Of a stretch of DNA of 17,670 nt, positions 8,066 to 17,670 are shown in pieces. The notes beneath the pieces were generated by a model. It was not told the DNA's origin. It ran no database searches and saw nothing but the letters and a program-made list of their open reading frames with translations. Position numbers and translations under genes: made by a program. Source of the stretch: Macrostomum lignano (taxonomy: Eukaryota). Within the stretch, counting starts at the first letter, position 1. Each line of letters starts with the position of its first letter. The DNA is taken from NCBI GenBank assembly GCA_002269645.1, contig NIVC01003951.1, positions 1 through 17,670 of the forward strand. The letters are read 5' to 3'.

Positions 8066-9963
8066 GAGCCAGAGCCTCAAACAGACAGAGAAATCTGTTC
8101 GAGTTGTGTCTGTAGGTTAGGTGGACCAGCTACTACAGCACTTCTAGGCGATAATCTGAGCCAGGAATCTCCGAGAGCCTCTCGTTACACATCCAGATGT
8201 TCTGCCTTGATGCTGGACTAGCTCACTTTCTAGGAATCTGTTCTGATTGCATTCTAACAAACTGAAGCATTCTCGGCACTAAACTTTCTCGGCGGCTCTG
8301 AGAGCCAGAGCCTCAAACAGACAGAGAAATCTGTTCGAGTTGTGTCTGTAGGTTAGGTGGACCAGCTATTCTACAGCACTTCTAGGCGATAATCTGAGCC
8401 AGGAATCTCCGAGAGCCTCTCGTTACACATCCAGATGTTCTGCCTTGATGCTGGACTAGCTCACTTTCTAGGAATCTGTTCTGATTGCATTCTAACAAAC
8501 TGAAGCATTCTCGGCACTAAACTTTCTCGGCGGCTCTGAGAGCCAGAGCCTCAAACAGACAGAGAAATCTGTTCGAGTTGTGTCTGTAGGTTAGGTGGAC
8601 CAGCTACTACAGCACTTCTAGGCGATAATCTGAGCCAGGAATCTCCGAGAGCCTCTCGTTACACATCCAGATGTTCTGCCTTGATGCTGGACTAGCTCAC
8701 TTTCTAGGAATCTGTTCTGATTGCATTCTAACAAACTGAAGCATTCTCGGCACTAAACTTTCTCGGCGGCTCTGAGAGCCAGAGCCTCAAACAGACAGAG
8801 AAATCTGTTCGAGTTGTGTCTGTAGGTTAGGTGGACCAGCTATTCTACAGCACTTCTAGGCGATAATCTGAGCCAGGAATCTCCGAGAGCCTCTCGTTAC
8901 ACATCCAGATGTTCTGCCTTGATGCTGGACTAGCTCACTTTCTAGGAATCTGTTCTGATTGCATTCTACAAACTGAAGCATTCTCGGCACTAAACTTTCT
9001 CGGCGGCTCTGAAGAGCCAGAGCCCTAAACAGACAGAGAAATCTGTTCGAGTTGTGTCTGTAGGTTAGGTGGACCAGCTACTCCACAGCACTTCTAGGCG
9101 ATAATCTGAGCCAGGAATCTCCGAGAGCCTCTCGTTACACATCCAGATGTTCTACCTCGATGCTGGACTAGCTCACTTTCTAGGAATCTGTTCTGATTGC
9201 ATTCTAACAAACTGAAGCATTCTCGGCACTAAACTTTCTCGGCGGCTCTGAGAGCCAGAGCCTCAAACAGACAGAGAAATCTGTTCGAGTTGTGTCTGTA
9301 GGTTAGGTGGACCAGCTACTCCAAAGCACTTCTAGGCGATAATCTGAGCCAGGAATCTCCGAGAGCCTCTCGTTACACATCCAGATGTTCTAGCCTTGAT
9401 GCTGGACTAGCTCACTTTCTAGGAATCTGTTCTGATTGCATTCTAACAAACTGAAGCATTCTCGGCACTAAACTTTCTCGGCGGCTCTGAGAGCCAGAGC
9501 CTCAAACAGACAGAGAAATCTGTTCGAGTTGTGTCTGTAGGTTAGGTGGACCAGCTATTCTACAGCACTTCTAGGCGATAATCTGAGCCAGGAATCTCCA
9601 GAGCCTCTCGTTACACATCCAGATGTTCTGCCTTGATGCTGGACTAGCTCACTTTCTAGAATCTGTTCTGATTGCATTCTAACAAACTGAAGCATTCTCG
9701 GCACTAAACTTTCTCGGCGGCTCTGAGATCCAGAGCCTCAAACAGACAGAGAAATCTGTTCGAGTTGTGTCTGTAGGTTAGGTGGACCAGCTACTCCAAA
9801 GCACTTCTAGGCGATAATCTGAGCCAGGAATCTCCGAGAGACTTTCGTTACACATCCAGATGTTCTGCCTTGATGCTGGACTAGCTCACTTTCTAGGAAT
9901 CTGTTCTGATTGCATTCTAACAAACTGAAGCATTTTCTGCACTAAACTTTCTCGGCGCTCTAA

Positions 9964-10101
9964 GAGCCAGAGCCTAAACAGACAGAGAAATCTGTTCGAG
10001 TTGTGTCTGTAGGTTAGGTGGACCACCTTCTGAGAGCCAAAGCCTCAAACAGACTGAGAGAGCTGCTTCAGTTGTGTCTGTAGGTTATGAGGACCACCTA
10101 A
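9964..10101. repeat. A*A' module, right haplotype
   Basis: A* 9964-10033; A' 10034-10101. Confidence 0.95.
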
Positions 10102-11287
10102 GAGCCAGAGCCTCAAACAGACAGAGAAATCTGTTCGAGTTGTGTCTGTAGGTTAGGTGGACCAGCTACTCCAAAGCACTTCTAGGCGATAATCTGAGCC
10201 AGGAATCTCCGAGAGACTTTCGTTACACATCCAGATGTTCTGCCTTGATGCTGGACTAGCTCACTTTCTAGGAATCTGTTCTGATTGCATTCTAACAAAC
10301 TGAAGCATTCTCGCACTAAACTTTCTCGGCGGCTCTGAGAGCCAGAGCCTCAAACAGACAGAGAAATCTGTTCGAGTTGTGTCTGTAGGTTAGGTGGACC
10401 AGCTATTCTACAGCAGTTCTAGGCGATAATCTGAGCCAGGAATCTCCGAGAGCCTCTCGTTACACATCCAGATGTTCTGCCTTGATGCTGGACTAGCTCA
10501 CTTTCTAGGAATCTGTTCTGATTGCATTCTTACAAACTGAAGCATTCTCGGCACTAAACTTTCTCGGCGGCTCTAAGAGCCAGAGCCCTAAACAGACAGA
10601 GAAATCTGTTCGAGTTGTGTCTGTAGGTTAGGTGGACCAGCTACTCCAAAGCACTTCTAGGCGATAATCTGAGCCAGGAATCTCCGAGAGCTCTCGTTAC
10701 ACATCCAGATGTTCTGCCTTGATGCTGGACTAGCTCACTTTCTAGAATCTGTTCTGATTGCATTCTAACAAACTGAAGCATTCTCGCACTAAACTTTCTC
10801 GGCGGCTCTGAGAGCCAGAGCCTCAAACAGACAGAGAAATCTGTTCGAGTTGTGTCTGTAGGTTAGGTGGACCAGCTATTCTACAGCACTTCTAGGCGAT
10901 AATCTGAGCCAGGAATCTCCAAGAGCCTCTCGTTACACATCCAGATGTTCTGCCTTGATGCTGGACTAGCTCACTTTCTAGGAATCTGTTCTGATTGCAT
11001 TCTAACAAACTGAAGCATTCTCGGCACTAAACTTTCTCGGCGGCTCTGAGATCCAGAGCCTCAAACAGACAGAGAAATCTGTTCGAGTTGTGTCTGTAGG
11101 TTAGGTGGACCAGATACTCCACAGCACTTCTAGGCGATAATCTGAGCCAGGAGTCTCCGAGAGACTTTCGTTACACATCCAGATGTTCTGCCTTGATGCT
11201 GGACTAGCTCACTTTCTAGGAATCTGTTCTGATTGCATTCTAACAAACTGAAGCATTTTCTGCACTAAACTTTCTCGGCGGCTCTAA

Positions 11288-11425
11288 GAGCCAGAGCCTA
11301 AACAGACAGAGAAATCTGTTCGAGTTGTGTCTGTAGGTTAGGTGGAGCCACCTTCTGAGAGCCAAAGCCTCAACAGACTGAGAGAGCTGCTTCAGTTGTG
11401 TCTGTAGGTTATGAGGACCACCTAA
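11288..11425. repeat. A*A' module, right haplotype
   Basis: A* 11288-11358; A' 11359-11425. Confidence 0.95.
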
Positions 11426-13794
11426 GAGCCAGAGCCTCAAACAGACAGAGAAATCTGTTCGAGTTGTGTCTGTAGGTTAGTGGACCAGCTACTCCAAAGC
11501 ACTTCTAGGCGATAATCTGAGCCAGGAATCTCCGAGAGCCTCTCGTTACACATCCAGATGTTCTGCCTTGATGCTGGACTAGCTCACTTTCTAGGAATCT
11601 GTTCTGATTGCATTCTAACAAACTGAAGCATTCTCGGCACTAAACTTTCTCGGCGGCTCTGAGAGCCAGAGCCTCAAACAGACAGAGAAATCTGTTCGAG
11701 TTGTGTCTGTAGGTTAGGTGGACCAGCTATTCTACAGCACTTCTAGGCGATAATCTGAGCCAGGAATCTCCGAGAGCCTCTCGTTACACATCCAGATGTT
11801 CTGCCTTGATGCTGGACTAGCTCACTTTCTAGGAATCTGTTCTGATTGCATTCTAACAAACTGAAGCATTTTCTGCACTAAACTTTCTCGGCGGCTCTGA
11901 GAGCCAGAGCCTCAAACAGACAGAGAAATCTGTTCGAGTTGTGTCTGTAGGTTAGGTGGACCAGCTACTCCACAGCACTTCTAGCGATAATCTGAGCCAG
12001 GAGTCTCCGAGAGCCTTTCGTTACACATCCAGATGTTCTGCCTTGATGCTGGACTAGCTCACTTTCTAGGAATCTGTTCTGATTGCATTCTAACAAACTG
12101 AAGCATTCTCGGCACTAAACTTTCTCGGCGGCTCTGAGAGCCAGAGCCTCAAACAGACAGAGAAATCTGTTCGAGTTGTGTCTGTAGGTTAGGTGGACCA
12201 GCTATTCTACAGCACTTCTAGGCGATAATCTGAGCCAGGAATCTCCGAGAGCCTCTCGTTACACATCCAGATGTTCTGCCTTGATGCTGGACTAGCTCAC
12301 TTTCTAGGAATCTGTTCTGATTGCATTCTAACAAACTGAAGCATTCTCGGCACTAAACTTTCTCGCGGCGCTCTGAGAGCCAGAGCCTCAAACAGACAGA
12401 GAAATCTGTTCGAGTTGTGTCTGTAGGTTAGGTGGACCAGCTACTCCACAGCACTTCTAGGCGATAATCTGAGCCAGGAGTCTCCGAGAGACTTCGTTAC
12501 ACATCCAGATGTTCTGCCTTGATGCTGGACTAGCTCACTTTCTAGAATCTGTTCTGATTGCATTCTAACAAACTGAAGCATTCTCGGCACTAAACTTTCT
12601 CGGCGGCTCTGAGAGCCAGAGCCTCAAACAGACAGAGAAATCTGTTCGAGTTGTGTCTGTAGGTTAGGTGGACCAGCTACTCCAAAGCACTTCTAGGCGA
12701 TAATCTGAGCCAGGAATCTCCGAGAGCCTCTCGTTACACATCCAGATGTTCTGCCTTGATGCTGGACTAGCTCACTTTCTAGGAATCTGTTCTGATTGCA
12801 TTCTTACAAACTGAAGCATTCTCGGCACTAAACTTTCTCGGCGCTCTAAGAGCCAGAGCCTAAACAGACAGAGAAATCTGTTCGAGTTGTGTCTGTAGGT
12901 TAGGTGGACCAGCTACTCCACAGCACTTCTAGGCGATAATCTGAGCCAGGAATCTCCGAGAGCCTCTCGTTACACATCCAGATGTTCTGCCTGATGCTGG
13001 ACTAGCTCACTTTCTAGGAATCTGTTCTGATTGCATTCTAACAAACTGAAGCATTCTCGGCACTAAACTTTCTCGGCGGCTCTGAGAGCCAGAGCCTCAA
13101 ACAGACAGAGAAATCTGTTCGAGTTGTGTCTGTAGGTTAGGTGGACCAGCTACTACAGCACTTCTAGGCGATAATCTGAGCCAGGAATCTCCGAGAGCCT
13201 CTCGTTACACATCCAGATGTTCTGCCTTGATGCTGGACTAGCTCACTTTCTAGGAATCTGTTCTGATTGCATTCTAACAAACTGAAGCATTTCTGCACTA
13301 AACTTTCTCGGCGGCTCTGAGAGCCAGAGCCTCAAACAGACAGAGAAATCTGTTCGAGTTGTGTCTGTAGGTTAGGTGGACCAGCTATTCTACAGCACTT
13401 CTAGGCGATAATCTGAGCCAGGAATCTCCGAGAGCCTCTCGTTACACATCCAGATGTTCTGCCTTGATGCTGGACTAGCTCACTTTCTAGGAATCTGTTC
13501 TGATTGCATTCTAACAAACTGAAGCATTCTCGGCACTAAACTTTCTCGGCGGCTCTGAGATCCAGAGCCTCAAACAGACAGAGAAATCTGTTCGAGTTGT
13601 GTCTGTAGGTTAGGTGGACCAGCTACTCCACAGCACTTCTAGGCGATAATCTGAGCCAGGATCTCCGAGAGACTTCGTTACACATCCAGATGTTCTGCCT
13701 TGATGCTGGACTAGCTCACTTTCTAGGAATCTGTTCTGATTGCATTCTAACAAACTGAAGCATTTTCTGCACTAAACTTTCTCGGCGGCTCTAA
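11288..13794. repeat. Higher-order unit: module plus 10 monomers (~2.5 kb), with a second copy from 15358 to beyond the window end
   Basis: 8 of 10 monomers match by variant class at an offset of 4070-4071 bp (11426 vs 15496; 13559 vs 17630). Confidence 0.75.
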
Positions 13795-13932
13795 GAGCCA
13801 GAGCCTAAACAGACAGAGAAATCTGTTCGAGTTGTGTCTGTAGGTTAGGTGGACCACCTTCTGAGAGCCAAAGCCTCAAACAGACTGAGAGAGCTGCTTC
13901 AGTTGTGTCTGTAGGTTATGAGGACCACCTAA
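13795..13932. repeat. A*A' module, right haplotype
   Basis: A* 13795-13864; A' 13865-13932. Confidence 0.95.
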
Positions 13933-15357
13933 GAGCCAGAGCCTCAAACAGACAGAGAAATCTGTTCGAGTTGTGTCTGTAGGTTAGGTGGACCAGCTAC
14001 TCCAAAGCACTTCTAGGCGATAATCTGAGCCAGGAATCTCGAGAGCCTCTCGTTACACATCCAGATGTTCTGCCTTGATGCTGGACTAGCTCACTTTCTA
14101 GGAATCTGTTCTGATTGCATTCTAACAAACTGAAGCATTCTCGGCACTAAACTTTCTCGGCGGCTCTGAGAGCCAGAGCCTCAAACAGACAGAGAAATCT
14201 GTTCGAGTTGTGTCTGTAGGTTAGGTGGACCAGCTATTCTACAGCACTTCTAGGCGATAATCTGAGCCAGGAATCTCCGAGAGCCTCTCGTTACACATCC
14301 AGATGTTCTGCCTTGATGCTGGACTAGCTCACTTTCTAGGAATCTGTTCTGATTGCATTCTTAACAAACTGAAGCATTCTCGGCACTAAACTTTCTCGGC
14401 GGCTCTGAGAGCCAGAGCCCTAAACAGACAGAGAAATCTGTTCGAGTTGTGTCTGTAGGTTAGGTGGACCAGCTACTCCACAGCACTTCTAGGCGATAAT
14501 CTGAGCCAGGAATCTCCGAGAGCCTCTCGTTACACATCCAGATGTTCTACCTGATGCTGGACTAGCTCACTTTCTAGGAATCTGTTCTGATTGCATTCTA
14601 ACAAACTGAAGCATTCTCGGCACTAAACTTTCTCGGCGGCTCTGAGAGCCAGAGCCTCAAACAGACAGAGAAATCTGTTCGAGTTGTGTCTGTAGGTTAG
14701 GTGGACCAGCTACTCCAAAGCACTTCTAGGCGATAATCTGAGCCAGGAATCTCCGAGAGCCTCTCGTTACACATCCAGATGTTCTACCTTGATGCTGGAC
14801 TAGCTCACTTTCTAGGAATCTGTTCTGATTGCATTCTAACAAACTGAAGCATTCTCGGCACTAAACTTTCTCGGCGGCTCTGAGAGCCAGAGCCTCAAAC
14901 AGACAGAGAAATCTGTTCGAGTTGTGTCTGTAGGTTAGGTGGACCAGCTATTCTACAGCACTTCTAGGCGATAATCTGAGCCAGGAATCTCCGAGAGCCT
15001 CTCGTTACACATCCAGATGTTCTGCCTTGATGCTGGACTAGCTCACTTTCTAGGAATCTGTTCTGATTGCATTCTAACAAACTGAAGCATTCTCGGCACT
15101 AAACTTTCTCGGCGGCTCTGAGAGCCAGAGCCTCAAACAGACAGAGAAATCTGTTCGAGTTGTGTCTGTAGGTTAGGTGGACCAGATACTCCACAGCACT
15201 TCTAGGCGATAATCTGAGCCAGGAGTCTCCGAGAGACTTTCGTTACACATCCAGATGTTCTGCCTTGATGCTGGACTAGCTCACTTTCTAGGAATCTGTT
15301 CTGATTGCATTCTAACAAACTGAAGCATTTCTGCACTAAACTTTCTCGGCGGCTCTA

Positions 15358-15495
15358 GAGCCAGAGCCTAAACAGACAGAGAAATCTGTTCGAGTTGTGT
15401 CTGTAGGTTAGGTGGACCACCTTCTGAGAGCCAAAGCCTCAAACAGACTGAGAGAGCTGCTTCAGTTGTGTCTGTAGGTTATGAGGACCACCTAA
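15358..15495. repeat. A*A' module, right haplotype
   Basis: A* 15358-15427; A' 15428-15495. Confidence 0.95.
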
Positions 15496-17670
15496 GAGCC
15501 AGAGCCTCAAACAGACAGAGAAATCTGTTCGAGTTGTGTCTGTAGGTTAGGTGGACCAGCTACTCCAAGCACTTCTAGGCGATAATCTGAGCCAGGAATC
15601 TCCGAGAGCCTCTCGTTACACATCCAGATGTTCTGCCTTGATGCTGGACTAGCTCACTTTCTAGGAATCTGTTCTGATTGCATTCTAACAAACTGAAGCA
15701 TTCTCGCACTAAACTTTCTCGGCGGCTCTGAGAGCCAGAGCCTCAAACAGACAGAGAAATCTGTTCGAGTTGTGTCTGTAGGTTAGGTGGACCAGCTATT
15801 CTACAGCACTTCTAGGCGATAATCTGAGCCAGGAATCTCCGAGAGCCTCTCGTTACACATCCAGATGTTCTGCCTTGATGCTGGACTAGCTCACTTTCTA
15901 GGAATCTGTTCTGATTGCATTCTAACAAACTGAAGCATTTTCTGCACTAAACTTTCTCGGCGGCTCTGAGAGCCAGAGCCTCAAACAGACAGAGAAATCT
16001 GTTTGAGTTGTGTCTGTAGGTTAGGTGGACCAGCTACTCCACAGCACTTCTAGGCGATAATCTGAGCCAGGAGTCTCCGAGAGACTTTCGTTACACATCC
16101 AGATGTTCTGCTTGATGCTGGACTAGCTCACTTTCTAGAAATCTGTTCTGATTGCATTCTAACAAACTGAAGCATTCTCGCACTAAACTTTCTCGGCGGC
16201 TCTGAGAGCCAGAGCCTCAAACAGACAGAGAAATCTGTTCGAGTTGTGTCTGTAGGTTAGGTGGACCAGCTATTCTACAGCACTTCTAGGCGATAATCTG
16301 AGCCAGGAATCTCCGAGAGCCTCTCGTTACACATCCAGATGTTCTGCCTTGATGCTGGACTAGCTCACTTTCTAGAATCTGTTCTGATTGCATTCTAACA
16401 ACTGAAGCATTCTCGCACTAAACTTTCTCGGCGGCTCTGAGAGCCAGAGCCTCAAACAGACAGAGAAATCTGTTCGAGTTGTGTCTGTAGGTTAGGTGGA
16501 CCAGCTACTCCACAGCACTTCTAGGCGATAATCTGAGCCAGAGTCTCCGAGAGACTTTCGTTACACATCCAGATGTTCTGCCTTGATGCTGGACTAGCTC
16601 ACTTTCTAGGAATCTGTTCTGATTGCATTCTAACAAACTGAAGCATTCTCGGCAACTAAACTTTCTCGGCGGCTCTGAGAGCCAGAGCCTCAAACAGACA
16701 GAGAAATCTGTTCGAGTTGTGTCTGTAGGTTAGGTGGACAGCTATTCTACAGCACTTCTAGGCGATAATCTGAGCCAGGAATCTCCGAGAGCCTCTCGTT
16801 ACACATCCAGATGTTCTGCCTTGATGCTGGACTAGCTCACTTTCTAGGAATCTGTTCTGATTGCATTCTAACAAACTGAAGCATTCTCGGCACTAAACTT
16901 TCTCGCGGCTCTAAGAGCCAGAGCCCTAAACAGACAGAGAAATCTGTTCGAGTTGTGTCTGTAGGTTAGGTGGACCAGCTACTCCACAGCACTTCTAGGC
17001 GATAATCTGAGCAGGAATCTCCGAAGAGCCTCTCGTTACACATCCAGATGTTCTACCTCGATGCTGGACTAGCTCACTTTCTAGAATCTGTTCTGATTGC
17101 ATTCTAACAAAACTGAAGCATTCTCGGCACTAAACTTTCTCGGCGGCTCTGAGAGCCAGAGCCTCAAACAGACAGAGAAATCTGTTCGAGTTGTGTCTGT
17201 AGGTTAGGTGGACCAGCTACTCCAAAGCACTTCTAGGCGATAATCTGAGCCAGGAATCTCCGAGAGCCTCTCGTTACACATCCAGATGTTCTAACTTGAT
17301 GCTGACTAGCTCACTTTCTAGGAATCTGTTCTGATTGCATTCTAACAAACTGAAGCATTCTCGCACTAAACTTTCTCGGGCGGCTCTGAGAGCCAGAGCC
17401 TAAACAGACAGAGAAATCTGTTCGAGTTGTGTCTGTAGGTTAGGTGGACCAGCTATTCTACAGCACTTCTAGGCGATAATCTGAGCCAGGAATCTCCGAG
17501 AGCCTCTCGTTACACATCCAGATGTTCTGCCTTGATGCTGGAACTAGCTCACTTTCTAGGAATCTGTTCTGATTGCATTCTAACAAAACTGAAGCATTCT
17601 CGGCACTAAACTTTCTCGGCGGCTCTGAAGATCCAGAGCCTCAAACAGACAGAGAAATCTGTTCGAGTTG

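Larger units (their letters stand above)
1..17670. repeat. Tandem satellite array: 238-bp monomers interspersed with ~139-bp A*A' modules; runs off both ends of the window
   Basis: Monomer starts (gagcc/gatcc) fall at exact 238-bp steps where copies have no indels, e.g. 1550, 1788, 2026, 2264, 2502. There are 67 full monomers from 75 to 17629, all in the same orientation, with no unique sequence anywhere. Confidence 0.99.

Noticed and set aside
3511-16693. The six ORFs of 61-72 aa in the supplied track
   Set aside because: They are short, are all translations of the same repeat, open only where private indels or variants remove stops, and resemble no protein I recognise.
1-17670. CRISPR array
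   Set aside because: There are no unique spacers. The unit is 238 bp and repeated in full, and there are no cas genes.

Overview
The whole 17,670-bp window is one head-to-tail, single-orientation tandem array (satellite DNA, about 48% GC by hand count of the consensus). I found no genes, RNA genes, transposon ends or CRISPR spacers. The basic monomer is 238 bp (67 full copies plus a partial last one). It has two parts: A, about 67-71 bp (gagccagagcctcaaacagacagagaaatctgttcgagttgtgtctgtaggttaggtggaccagcta), and B, about 170 bp. The run is interrupted by a ~139-bp module (11 complete copies, one partial at the window start, one aberrant at 7932-8065). The module is A* (a monomer lacking B) followed by A' (an A copy about 88% identical to A). 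Diagnostic variants show the array is ordered. A fixed cassette of monomer types precedes most modules, one monomer class is never adjacent to itself, the module haplotype switches once between 3960 and 5148, and variable-length higher-order repeats (2, 4, 5, 6, 8 or 10 monomers plus a module) include long-range duplicated blocks. The monomer is rich in short dyads and carries a TTCTAGGAA (STAT/BCL6-type) motif. I cannot assign the satellite to a named family or taxon. Eukaryotic heterochromatin (centromeric or subtelomeric) is an inference only. Scattered private 1-bp indels suggest long-read or low-coverage consensus error. All listed ORFs are treated as spurious. All alignments and counts were done by eye.
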